The notes beneath the pieces were generated by a model. It saw only the letters and a program-made list of their open reading frames with translations. It did no database searches and had not been told where the DNA came from. A stretch of DNA of 33,033 nt. It comes from Octopus bimaculoides. Lineage: Eukaryota. Every line of letters starts with the position of its first letter. The first letter of the stretch is position 1. The position numbers were made by a program, and so were the translations under genes. This document shows positions 11,237 through 23,860 of the stretch, in pieces. The stretch is taken from the NCBI RefSeq assembly GCF_001194135.2, contig NC_068984.1, positions 123,830,465 through 123,863,497 on the forward strand, given 5' to 3'.

Positions 11237-12000
11237 TGTATGTATGTATGTGTGCGTACGTGTATGTATGTATGTATGTATGTATNNNNNNNNNNNNNNN
11301 NNNNNNNNNNNNNNNNNNNNNNNNNNNNNNNNNNNNNNNNNNNNNNNNNNNNNNNNNNNNNNNNNNNNNNNNNNNNNNNNNNNNNNNNNNNNNNNNNNNN
11401 NNNNNNNNNNNNNNNNNNNNNNNNNNNNNNNNNNNNNNNNNNNNNNNNNNNNNNNNNNNNNNNNNNNNNNNNNNNNNNNNNNNNNNNNNNNNNNNNNNNN
11501 NNNNNNNNNNNNNNNNNNNNNNNNNNNNNNNNNNNNNNNNNNNNNNNNNNNNNNNNNNNNNNNNNNNNNNNNNNNNNNNNNNNNNNNNNNNNNNNNNNNN
11601 NNNNNNNNNNNNNNNNNNNNNNNNNNNNNNNNNNNNNNNNNNNNNNNNNNNNNNNNNNNNNNNNNNNNNNNNNNNNNNNNNNNNNNNNNNNNNNNNNNNN
11701 NNNNNNNNNNNNNNNNNNNNNNNNNNNNNNNNNNNNNNNNNNNNNNNNNNNNNNNNNNNNNNNNNNNNNNNNNNNNNNNNNNNNNNNNNNNNNNNNNNNN
11801 NNNNNNNNNNNNNNNNNNNNNNNNNNNNNNNNNNNNNNNNNNNNNNNNNNNNNNNNNNNNNNNNNNNNNNNNNNNNNNNNNNNNNNNNNNNNNNNNNNNN
11901 NNNNNNNNNNNNNNNNNNNNNNNNNNNNNNNNNNNNNNNNNNNNNNNNNNNNNNNNNNNNNNNNNNNNNNNNNNNNNNNNNNNNNNNNNNNNNNNGGTGA
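7780..12000. repeat. TA/TG/CA/TATG microsatellite field with large assembly gaps (7914-8694, 9176-10170, 11286-11995)
   Basis: Simple repeats flank each gap, including a degenerate (TATG)n at about 10885-11285. Confidence 0.9.
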
Positions 12001-12317
12001 TGTGTTGCATATGGAGGTGAGGGAGAAATGGTAATAGCTCGGTAGCGCTGTGTGAATGGATGTCAGGAATTGCCAGGTAAGGAGATGGGGTGGGGTTGGG
12101 GGAGCAGCGGTTGGGGTTGGGTGGAGGGAGTTGGTGGTTGTTGGGGTAGGAGTGTGGGCGTGGGTAGTTTGGGGTCCACCGTGCTACTACGTAAATCGGA
12201 GATTAAATTGAAGCGTTTTCGTTTCATTTCTCAACAGTTGGTTTTGGTGGAAGATTTCGCAAAAAATAAATAAAGTAAGATAAAATAAAGAGGGAAAGAG
12301 GATGTAGAACAAGAAAT

Positions 12318-12384
12318 AGAAGAAGAAGAAGAAGAAGAAGAAGAAGAAGAAGAAGAAGAAGAAGAAGAAGAAGAAGAAGAAGAA
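12318..12384. repeat. (GAA)n microsatellite
   Basis: Perfect GAA run. Confidence 0.95.
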
Positions 12385-14106
12385 TAGCAACCACAACAAG
12401 AGAAAACAAATGACAAACAGACGGACAGACACATCTATATATATTAATAGAAGGATTGACAGGTAGACAGATGAATATACACGAATGTATGTATGTATGT
12501 ATGTATGTATGTATNNNNNNNNNNNNNNNNNNNNNNNNNNNNNNNNNNNNNNNNNNNNNNNNNNNNNNNNNNNNNNNNNNNNNNNNNNNNNNNNNNNNNN
12601 NNNNNNNNNNNNNNNNNNNNNNNNNNNNNNNNNNNNNNNNNNNNNNNNNNNNNNNNNNNNNNNNNNNNNNNNNNNNNNNNNNNNNNNNNNNNNNNNNNNN
12701 NNNNNNNNNNNNNNNNNNNNNNNNNNNNNNNNNNNNNNNNNNNNNNNNNNNNNNNNNNNNNNNNNNNNNNNNNNNNNNNNNNNNNNNNNNNNNNNNNNNN
12801 NNNNNNNNNNNNNNNNNNNNNNNNNNNNNNNNNNNNNNNNNNNNNNNNNNNNNNNNNNNNNNNNNNNNNNNNNNNNNNNNNNNNNNNNNNNNNNNNNNNN
12901 NNNNNNNNNNNNNNNNNNNNNNNNNNNNNNNNNNNNNNNNNNNNNNNNNNNNNNNNNNNNNNNNNNNNNNNNNNNNNNNNNNNNNNNNNNNNNNNNNNNN
13001 NNNNNNTATATATATACATATATATATATATGCACACACACGCACACGCGCGTGCGCTGGCGCACAGACATGCACACACAGACATACACACGCGCACACA
13101 CTGCTGACAGATAGCTAGACGGACAAATAAATAGGAAGAATGAGATAAATTGATAGATAGATAGATAGATAGATAGAATGACTGACAGAGAGACAGACAG
13201 ATGGGTAGATACACTTGTTGACTGCTATGAGAGTAGATAGATAAAATGTAGAGATAAAGCTGGAACGCAGATAAGTATAAAGAAGATAATTCAGCTATAT
13301 TGATAGACTGACAGAATGACAGAATGACAGAATACTAAATAGAATGAGAGAACGATAGAGCTGTATGATTGAGCGGAAGATTCGAAGAAGATTGACAGAA
13401 AGGAAAGGAAGGAATAAGAAGCTAGCGAAGAAGATTGGAAGGAAAGGCAGACAAAAGGAAAGAAAGAAGGATGAAAGAAAGAATGAAGAAAACCAAACAG
13501 AAGGTGTAGATAAATATTAAACACACAGGGAGAAAAAAATGATGTCATATGCGATTTTGTTGCATATAGATTAGTAGCGGCCGTGGTATAACGGTGGTGT
13601 GATGGTGTTGCGTTCAAAGTGCAGGCAGTAGTAACAGGCGTGTGTATAGAAGAGATGTAGTTGTTTGTTGTAGTGTTCATTCTACGTTGCTTTTTTTTCT
13701 TTTTTTTCTTTTTTTTTTGCAGAGCAGTGGTGGCGGAAGCGGTGATGGATATCATGGCGTAGTGTTTATAATACGTTGATACTAATACAGCGTTTATCAT
13801 ATGTTTGTAGCGAGGGTGGTAGTTGTTTTACGGTTGCGGATGGTATGGTATAATGTTGCAGTTGTAGCGATCTAGTATTTGTGGTTATTCAAATGATGGT
13901 ATTGCGGAGCTGGTGCTGACGTTAAAAGTGGTGGTGTGGGTTGTGGTTGTAGTGGTTATGGTGGTGGTATATGATGTCGAGTTTATAAATCGGGCGGTAG
14001 TACTGCAGTAGTGTTCGTGTATACACATGTACACACGCATAAACATACCTACAAATGCGAGTGTACTCTCACTCACTCAATCACACAAATACACGCGCGC
14101 ACAAAT

Positions 14107-14139
<33 letters not shown>

Positions 14140-14990
14140 TACACACACGCAAGCACACACATATATATATATGTATATATGTGTATGTATCAGTGATATA
14201 TAGATACTTACATACATTGATACATACGTAAATGCATATACATGAACATACGTAAAACAAACACTCACGTACAAGCATATGCGTAAACCACACACACACA
14301 AATACATACATTCATACATTCATACACGCCCACATACATGCATACATACAGACATATATATATATACATATACAATATAAATATATATATNNNNNNNNNN
14401 NNNNNNNNNNNNNNNNNNNNNNNNNNNNNNNNNNNNNNNNNNNNNNNNNNNNNNNNNNNNNNNNNNNNNNNNNNNNNNNNNNNNNNNNNNNNNNNNNNNN
14501 NNNNNNNNNNNNNNNNNNNNNNNNNNNNNNNNNNNNNNNNNNNNNNNNNNNNNNNNNNNNNNNNNNNNNNNNNNNNNNNNNNNNNNNNNNNNNNNNNNNN
14601 NNNNNNNNNNNNNNNNNNNNNNNNNNNNNNNNNNNNNNNNNNNNNNNNNNNNNNNNNNNNNNNNNNNNNNNNNNNNNNNNNNNNNNNNNNNNNNNNNNNN
14701 NNNNNNNNNNNNNNNNNNNNNNNNNNNNNNNNNNNNNNNNNNNNNNNNNNNNNNNNNNNNNNNNNNNNNNNNNNNNNNNNNNNNNNNNNNNNNNNNNNNN
14801 NNNNNNNNNNNNNNNNNNNNNNNNNNNNNNNNNNNNNNNNNNNNNNNNNNNNNNNNNNNNNNNNNNNNNNNNNNNNNNNNNNNNNNNNNNNNNNNNNNNN
14901 NNNNNNNNNNNNNNNNNNNNNNNNNNNNNNNNNNNNNNNNNNNNNNNNNNNNNNNNNNNNNNNNNNNNNNNNNNNNNNNNNNNNNNNNNN

Positions 14991-15027
<37 letters not shown>

Positions 15028-15227
15028 GACGCAGTACCGGTCAGAATGATGGCTTTCATTTCGATCCTCTTTCAGTAAGTTTTTATACTTTTCCTTGTAG
15101 CGGTACTCCATTTTTTACTTGGGTTTCATTCTGCTTTCTTTCAGTTTTCATTATTCTTGTTACCTCCTCTCACTCATTCTCATAATTCTGACTGGCTCAC
15201 TCACCTATTTCATTATTTCTCTTCTTT

Positions 15228-15671
15228 AAGGCAACAGGCTGGTAGAATTATTAGAACTTCGGAAAGAACACTTTGCGGTATTTGTTCTGGCTTCTAGTTT
15301 CCAAATCCCAGCGGAGATAACTTTGCCTTTATCCCGTCATGGGCGGGGTTTAAAGTGAAAAGTAACAGTCAAGGGGTCAATGGTATCGAACAATCCCATC
15401 CCTTCAAAACTGTTAGTCTAGTGCCTTATCAAAAATCATTATTTCTTCTCAACCTAAGGGGTCGTACTGGCAGAATCATCACCGCGATGGCAAAATAAAT
15501 GCTTAACGGCATTAATTCCAGCTTTTCGTTCTGAGTTCAAATGCCACCAGGGTCAATTTTGCCTTTCCTCCTCGTGGCGTCGATAGGAATAAGTTTAATT
15601 TGAGCACTTCGGTCGATCTGGTCCCTTCCCACAAAATTTGAGGCATTAGACCAAAGTTAGAAAGGATTATT
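15228..15671 (+). mobile_element. Two diverged head-to-tail SINE family B copies (about 15228-15445 and 15456-15671)
   Basis: Each starts AAGG...CTGG(T/C)AGAAT and contains CTTTGCCTTT or TTTTGCCTTT. The second has GTTCTGAGTTCAAAT and ends GAAAGGATTATT. Confidence 0.7.
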
Positions 15672-16065
15672 CTCTCGCTTCTTCTGCATCTATAAAATTT
15701 CCCACTGTTCTCTCCAATCCATGAAAATTCTTCTCCACTTCTTCCCTTTATTCCTGAGTGTCTTCTCAGTTAGATATCATCCAAGAATTTTCTTTCTCTC
15801 TACCTCCCATCTCATTTTGTCAGTCTTCTACCTCTCTATTTAACTATCTAATCAATCACTTTTTATTATACATTCTTTTATAATACTTTTTATAACACAT
15901 TCTCTCACCTCTCTCAGCAGAACCACTGCTTTCCCCTTCTGGCATGAGAGACAAAGGGAACCACTTGATAAAAATTCAACGCACAGCTTAACATTATACT
16001 CTCTTACACACTCAAACACAAAGACACGCACATGTGCACGCACGCGCGCACACACGGGCACGCAT

Positions 16066-16130
<65 letters not shown>

Positions 16131-16393
16131 TTTGGGGGTATTTGTTGCTACTCTGAAGTTTCGTTTGCCTGTTCAACTGATCACCAAGCAAGTTATGATA
16201 CTCTAGTATAGTATTGAGCACTCTTTCTTCCGATCGTCAGCATTAAACTTACACATGAATTCACAGACACAGATACACGCACATACACACACACACCACG
16301 TGTATGTATGTATGTATGTATATATATGTATGAATATATATACATGCATATATATATGTATATATATATATATACATACATATATTTATGTAT

Positions 16394-16464
<71 letters not shown>

Positions 16465-16488
16465 GATATATATATATATGTATAGTTA

Positions 16489-16527
<39 letters not shown>

Positions 16528-17307
16528 AAACAGACACATAAGTAAACGCCTACTCTGCATACGTATTCATATATCTTTTGCACACGCACACACACACGCA
16601 AACACACAAACGCACACAGATACGCAAATATGTTTACATATATGTGTGTATGACTATACGTGAGCATTCATACACGTGGACGGGTGTGCAGGAGTACCCG
16701 AATATGCGTGTGGGTGTGCATATAGATACAATATTTGCATTAAACTATACATGGATACTTAGTCACATGCATATGACTTGCGTGTGCGCACGCGCGCGCG
16801 CACACACACACACACACACATATACATATAAACACACATATATTCCTACGCGTACACATCCATACATATGTGTATGCGTTTATGTGTGTTTGTTTGTGTA
16901 TGTGCATGTACTGTATGCGTAGCTTTGTGTGTGTTGGAATGCGTGAGTTACAAGCAATACACACACACACACGCACGCACACACACACGCACACACACAC
17001 GCACGCACACACACACACACATATATATTTATACGCATACATACGTACACATTTATATACATACATATATACATAATAATATTTATTGTTTTATAGAAAA
17101 AATATTCTACATAGATTCATGTGATCAAGTGTGTGTGTGTGTGTGCATATGCGTGTGTGTGTGTGCGTCTGAGGGAAAGTGCGAGTGAGTGTATATGTGT
17201 GTGTGTTTTTGCCTGTGTGTGTGTGTGTGCGTGCGCGCGATGAAGTGTGTATACGTGTTGTGTGTGTGCCTGCATCTATGAGGGAAAGTGCGCGCGTCTG
17301 TGAGTGC

Positions 17308-17344
<37 letters not shown>

Positions 17345-17629
17345 CGTGTGCGTATGTGTGTATGTGTGTGTGTGTGCGTTCGTGTGATCAAGTGTGTGTG
17401 TGTGTTTGTGCGAGTGTCTGTGAGGTTAAGTGCGTGTGTGTGTGTATGTGCGTGCGTGCGTGTGTGTTTCTGTGTGTGTGTGATCAAGTATGTGTGTGTG
17501 TGTATGTGTGTGTAAGCGCGTGCGCGCTTGAATGGGGTTGTGTGCCTATGACAGCTTTCTGTGTTTATCTATTTGCGGATCTTTGCGTTTTATTAACGCT
17601 CTTATGTATATATATGAATTATTGTATAT

Positions 17630-17820
17630 AATGTTCGCGGACCTAATGATCAATGTGGTTTCCACCGTGACCACCATGTAGATTTACATATCGGAGAATA
17701 CATTTTGATATGTTTACTACCTTACTTCATACCCTACATTGCTGTAGGGTATGATAAGAGGGAGATTGTTTGTTCTTTCTAGCAAGTCAGGTGGATTGAC
17801 CACGTACAGGGACACTCACC
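17630..17820 (-). mobile_element. Repeat family C copy
   Basis: The reverse complement reads GAGTGTCCCTGTACGTGGTCAATCCACCTGACTTGCTAGAAAG...AATCTCCCTC...GGTGGTCACGG...TTGATCATTAGGTCCGC, matching the copies at 22585 and 25170. Confidence 0.6.
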
Positions 17821-18488
17821 ATCATAGTAGCTATTTGATTAATACATTTATATATATGTTTGCGGTGGCTTTTGAATATGTATCTGTGTGTGTGTGTGTG
17901 TGTGTGAGACGGCTTTTTGTGCGTATGCATATGTATGTGCCTGTACATATATGCGTAAGTGTTGGTGAGTGTGTATGTTGAAGTGCGAGTGATTGCTTAT
18001 GTGTTAATGTTAATTTGCATGGCGGCACTGACGTATGTTTATTTATATATACGTATACACTGGTGTGTGTGTATGTGTGTGCGCATGCGTCTTGCATGTG
18101 TGTGTGTGGATGTATATATATATATATTATATATATATATGTATTATGTGTATATGAATGCGTGCGATTCCATATCGTCATATCATACACACTACAAACA
18201 CACATGCATATATGTATGTATAGTTGCTGAATTTTAGTTGTTCTGTCACATATGCGTATGTTCATGTTGGTATCTATGCGTGCGTGCGTGTGTGCATGCG
18301 TGTGCGTATCTACGCACACATGCATACACACATGCATATACATACACACATGCATATATATATACACACATGCATATACATACACACATATATGTGTGTT
18401 TAAGTATGCACTTTCGCATACACATACGTATGTACATCTACTTTGGTTTTGCATTATTTATCTACACACATACAGAAACAAACGACTA

Positions 18489-18529
<41 letters not shown>

Positions 18530-19127
18530 GTACACATACATACGTACACCATACAACTCACGCGCGCGCGCATATTTAAACAGCTAACGCCACCTACGCT
18601 CATCTGAACACCTGCGCGTTACAATCATCTCACACATCTCGAGTCATCCTAAACACCATTGAAACAGATATGCAGCTTCTATTCACCGTATACACACCGC
18701 ATGTCATATGCATCTTCATACATACACATCGATCCACGCACATACATACACACTGTTTACGCACCATATACACTCGTACCTGAACATATATGCCGTATGC
18801 CTTTATACACTTGCACCTTCACACATACGCACAGACAGACACGCGCTCGCACCGACCCATGCACTTACGGGCTATATACACTCGCATCTTAACATAGGCA
18901 CAAATCGATGCACTCGTGCACCTACTCGTGCATCTTCTACGCACCTTCAACACACGTTCGCATACAGAGGTTTACCTAAATATGCGCACGCATATCATAC
19001 ATCACATACGATCTGCGTACCCGCTATACACACTGACGTTTCGAAGTATACACACACACATACATACTCGCTACATACCTACGCACCATCTATACACGTT
19101 CACATACACAGCTATACTTCAACACAC

Positions 19128-19167
<40 letters not shown>

Positions 19168-19211
19168 GCACACACACATATATATGCACACACACAAATA
19201 TATACACACAC

Positions 19212-19244
<33 letters not shown>

Positions 19245-19420
19245 CCTACCTTTTTTTTTTTTTTTTGNNNNNNNNNNNNNNNNNNNNNNNNNNNNNNNNN
19301 NNNNNNNNNNNNNNNNNNNNNNNNNNNNNNNNNNNNNNNNNNNNNNNCCCCCCCTTTTTTTTCCTTCCCCCTCCCAAAAAGAAAAGCTCTACATTGTATT
19401 TGTGGCTAATAAAAGAAATG

Positions 19421-19455
<35 letters not shown>

Positions 19456-20628
19456 ACATACATACACCAGATGGCGTACAAGTTACATACTATGTTATAT
19501 ACTATGGCGAAACATGTCATACGCTATGTTATACACTGTGGCTAAACACCATACACATTTAAAAATTTACCCTCATATATCTACACATATACTTACACAC
19601 CCGTATGTTTCACCTAAACACTTTTTGAACACCTGTATAAAAACTCACACTTTCACATACATATATATCTTTACATACACATACACACGCTCGCATGTGC
19701 ACCAACCCCTCCCTCAAACACACACACAAACACACACTCACTCACACACATATACACACGCACATACACATCTTCATATAAATCTGCTTTGACAAATGCA
19801 AATACATTTGCAGTCTAGTACGCATTCATTCACACATATATATACCTTCATACACTAACACACCTTCGTAAATATATACACCTGTATACACATACACACG
19901 AATGCACACGTACATCTTCACACAAATATCATGCACACACACACACACCTTTACACATGCGCACGCCTTTCACACGCACAAACCTTCACATACCTTCACA
20001 CACAAACACACACATACTAACACACACTGACACTTGCATACACATATCCACATATGCACACACATACATTACTATACACACACATCTTCATCTTCATACA
20101 CACACCCCTACAAAGAGTGTACATCTACCATCTTCCTCATATCATCCAGAGAGAGAGAGAGAGAGAGAGGAAGAAAGAAAGAGAGAGAGAGAGAGAGAAA
20201 GAGAGTCAGAGAGAGAAGAGGGAGGGAGAGATAGTCAGAGAGAGAGGAAGAGTGAGGGAGAGAGAGTGAGAGTGTAATGCATATTCATATACATACACAT
20301 ACACGCACACAAACACACACCATAAACAAAGAAATGGACCTCCGTCGATTTCGACGATAAGCAGTTCAGTTTTTCATCCAAATACCTACACACACACCTT
20401 AACATGCATATACACGCATATCGATACACACGCGAGCACACACCTACAGACGTGCGTACATACATACATACACACACGCGCAGTCTTTAACTCAACGTGT
20501 AAGTGGACGAGTATTCCACAGACACGGGTATCCTTAATGATGATTCTCAGGTAAATGCTGTGTGAGTCTGTGTGAATAAGTGTGTGTGTGTGTGTGAGAG
20601 TGAGTATGTGTGTATGTGTGTGTGCGTG

Positions 20629-20672
<44 letters not shown>

Positions 20673-20770
20673 ATAGAGGAAGGGCTTCTACTAACATGTT
20701 CAATCCCTTTATGTAGGGGCTTCCACACGACTTCCGCTACCCTTATTTCACTCGACACCGAAATTAATCT

Positions 20771-20989
20771 TTTTATCTTTTGCTTGTTTCAAGTCATTGC
20801 ACTGTGGCCATGCTGGAGCACCGCCTTGAAAAATTTTAGTCGACCAAACCTAACCCAGTACCCATTTTTAAAATTTGATCAGTCTCTTTTTGTCGAACTT
20901 CTAAGTGACGAGAACGTAAAAACATCGACACAGCTTTGTCAAGTGGTGGCGAAGTACAAACACAAAGCCACACACACATATGCATATGC

Positions 20990-21020
<31 letters not shown>

Positions 21021-21098
21021 TATATTTATGTATATGTTATATATATTTATATATATATTATATATATATATGTATGTATGTATGTATATATACATCGG

Positions 21099-21129
<31 letters not shown>

Positions 21130-21288
21130 GCCATGCATCTTTCAGTTTCCCTCTACCGAATCCACTCACAAGATGTTAATCAGCCGGAGGCTTATTGTAT
21201 GAGACACTCTCCCAAGCAGTCACACAGTGGAACTGAACCCGGAAGCATGTAGCCGGGAAGCAAACATCTTACCACACAGCCACACCTG
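20771..21288 (-). mobile_element. SINE family A, full length, with an expanded internal TA/TATG/TCTA microsatellite
   Basis: GGCCATGCTGGAGCACCGCCTTGAA ... TCTTTCAGTTTCC...CCACTCACAAG ... GTGGAACTGAACCCGGA...CTTACCACACAGCCACACCTG. Confidence 0.85.
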
Positions 21289-22025
21289 TTAAGGTAAAAA
21301 AAAAAAAAAATATATATATATATATGAGTCCAAGGATGTCATGCAATGGAATCGATCTTGAACCCTTGCGATTGGAAACAACGTGACAGACAAATTGACA
21401 GAAACACTTAAATAATAATAAAAAAAAAAACACAGACACCTTCGTATGCACACCTGTGTACACGCATTTATAAAACCTCCAAAACACACATACACACACA
21501 TACTCACACACATGCACACACATATTTTCATATAACTACACACTTTCACATCTACATACAGACATACTTACCTGTGAACTCACCTACACGCACACGTACG
21601 CATAACAGCACATACACACACACCGAAGCTTATAGAACCTCCTTCATATAACCACACACACACACACACATGCACACACTCACACATATGCATACACATA
21701 TAACCTTCATGTCTACACACACGTCCTACCCACACTATTTAAGCACGTGCTGGTACGTACACGCCCACACAGCTCCATTGACGCGCTCACTACCATACAA
21801 CACTACATACACATACACACACGCACATGGAGACACACACATACACTTTCGCACATTCACATGCAGATACACACGCATACAGTTTCACGCCTACACGTTC
21901 ACACGCACACACATATGTACATATACGACGACACATCTTCGCACACATTCTAAGCAGCTCAACCTACGCACTTACACATGAACACATACACACATTGGTA
22001 CATATAAAACTATAGAAGTACACAC

Positions 22026-22072
<47 letters not shown>

Positions 22073-22584
22073 NNNNNNNNNNACACACGCGCGCACACGC
22101 ACATACACATATATATATTTATATGCACACACACATATGCATACATACATACACCCGTACACATCTTTACACCTACGCACCAACACACAATCACACAAAC
22201 ATACACACAGTCACAGATATATTCCCACAACTATGCACGCAGAGAAGCCACACAACCTACACACTAACACATGAACACAAACACACTAATACATATAAAG
22301 CCACAGAAGTACACATTTCCGTGTACATACGCACGCGCCTCGCNNNNNNNNNNAGCCACAGAAGTACACATTTCCGTGTACATACGCACGCGCCTCGCAC
22401 ACTATCACACATTATCTCTAATACACAAACGCACTAACATACAATCTCTCACAAATGCATATATACATGCATACAGCATACACACGTACATATACATACA
22501 CACCTACACATATAGAGCCATCCATGAACTCACATTCATATACATACACACGCACACATTCACACCTTCGCGAGCCAGTGAGTG

Positions 22585-22800
22585 GGTATTTACGTGGTCA
22601 GTGGAATTTTCAGAAATAGCAGCCAAGTGTCCTTCAAATCACACTCGCTGACGCATTGCAAAGGGAGGATCGAACTGGGTGATCTCGTCCTCAATAAACA
22701 ATACTTAGTGGGGGAAAGAATGGGTTGGTCATGGCCAGAACGCCTTTGACAATTGGCTTGGACTGACGAGGACGACTTGGGGGTGGTGGGGTTAAGCAAC
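22585..22800 (+). mobile_element. Repeat family C copy
   Basis: TACGTGGTC...AGAAATAGCAGCCAAGTGTCCTTCAAATCACAC...GGTCATGGCCAGAACGCCTTTGA..., with a tail that runs into CCA/CAT triplets. Confidence 0.65.
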
Positions 22801-23049
22801 CACCACCACCACCACTGCCACCATAACGACCACTAAAACGACAACCATAATCATCATCACCATCATCATCAGCTGCAGCAGCAGCAGTAGTAGCACCCCC
22901 ACCCCACCCCAACCCCCATCACCGTTACCACCACACAACTACAACCTCAACCACATGAACAACGATAAATATTTTGACAGATTTGACATAGTGTGTAACA
23001 AGATTTTTCCCTTTGTATTACAGGTACAATCAATCAGGGGGATTCCATG

Positions 23050-23796
23050 CAGTTTCCATCTATCCAGATAGCGTTTGAGTTCCGATCTCACCAGAGTTGA
23101 TATTGTCTTTTATCTTTCATCCTTTCGAGGTCGATAAATTAAGTACCAGTTACACACTGGGGGGGGGGGTCAATGTAATTGACTAGTCCCCCTCCCCCTA
23201 AATTTCAGGCCTTGTGCTTTAGTAGAAAGGATTATTATAAAAGGGCAGTACATTGACAATTGTTAGTGTTGGACAATACTTGGCGTTATTTGTTTTGGTT
23301 CTTTACGTTCTGAGTTCTAATCCCGCCGAGGTCGACTTTGGCTTTCAATCTTTGGATGTTGATAAAATAAAGTACCGGCTAAGTACTTCAGTCGACGGCA
23401 TCAACTAAGCCCCTTTTCTCAATTTCAGGTCTAGATGCTATTAAGCGCGGCGGCTTGGGAGAATCGTTAGAGCATTGGGGAAAATGCTCTGTAACATTTG
23501 GGCTGGCCCTTTACGCTCTGTGTTCAAACCCCGCCTACATCAACTTTGTATTTCAGCCTTTCGGTTCCAATGAGAAAACCTGCAGATTAGAACTGTTCCT
23601 TTGACCCCAAATTCCAGGCCTCTTGTCTACGTCAGAGCAGTTATTATAACTGAGTTCAAATCCTGTCGAGGGCAACTTTACTTTTCGTTCCTTCGGGGCC
23701 CATAAAATAAAGTACCAATCAAACACTAAGGGCAGTATACTCGACTAACCCCTTCCCTGCAACTCTGAAGTCTTGTATCTATTTTAGAAACAATTA
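23050..23796 (+). mobile_element. Four tandem head-to-tail SINE family B copies (about 23050-23238, 23241-23440, 23443-23648, 23650-23796)
   Basis: Recurrent GAGTTC(A/T)AATC B-box, GGTCGACTTTG/CTTTCATCCTTTCG core, TAAAGTACC and TTTCAGGCCTTGTG...GAAAGGATTATT tail. Confidence 0.8.
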
Positions 23797-23860
23797 CAGA
23801 ATAGCAAATGAATGGCAAAATCAGTAGAGCACCGGTTTTATAAAATGCGTTGACGTATCT

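Larger units (their letters stand above)
16020..22560. repeat. About 6.5-kb low-complexity domain of degenerate CA/TG/TA/GA repeats with embedded SINE fragments
   Basis: Alternating CA-rich and TG-rich blocks. These explain all the HT/VC/YI ORFs. Confidence 0.9.

Noticed and set aside
13689-13780. Strong-looking acceptor (T-rich tract plus GCAG at 13722)
   Set aside because: All three downstream frames stop within about 60 nt, there is no good donor, and the context is a degenerate GTG/GTA repeat. It is probably a poly(A/T) remnant.
7762-15111. Long ORFs of 200-460 aa in the ORF track
   Set aside because: They consist of X (N gaps) plus YI/VC/HT/MYVC microsatellite translations and carry no coding signal.
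20330-20570. Short pieces resembling another octopus interspersed repeat (GGACCTCCGTCGATTTCGACG; AACGTGTAAGTGGACGAGTATTCCACAGACAC)
   Set aside because: Based only on recall, with no second copy in the window, so it is not listed as a feature.
21566-21585. Minus-strand consensus donor sites (ACTTACCTG, ACTCACCT)
   Set aside because: Expected by chance in CA-rich sequence, with no matching acceptor or coding segment.
22299-22398. Exact 45-bp direct repeat around 10 Ns
   Set aside because: Same gap-overlap artefact.
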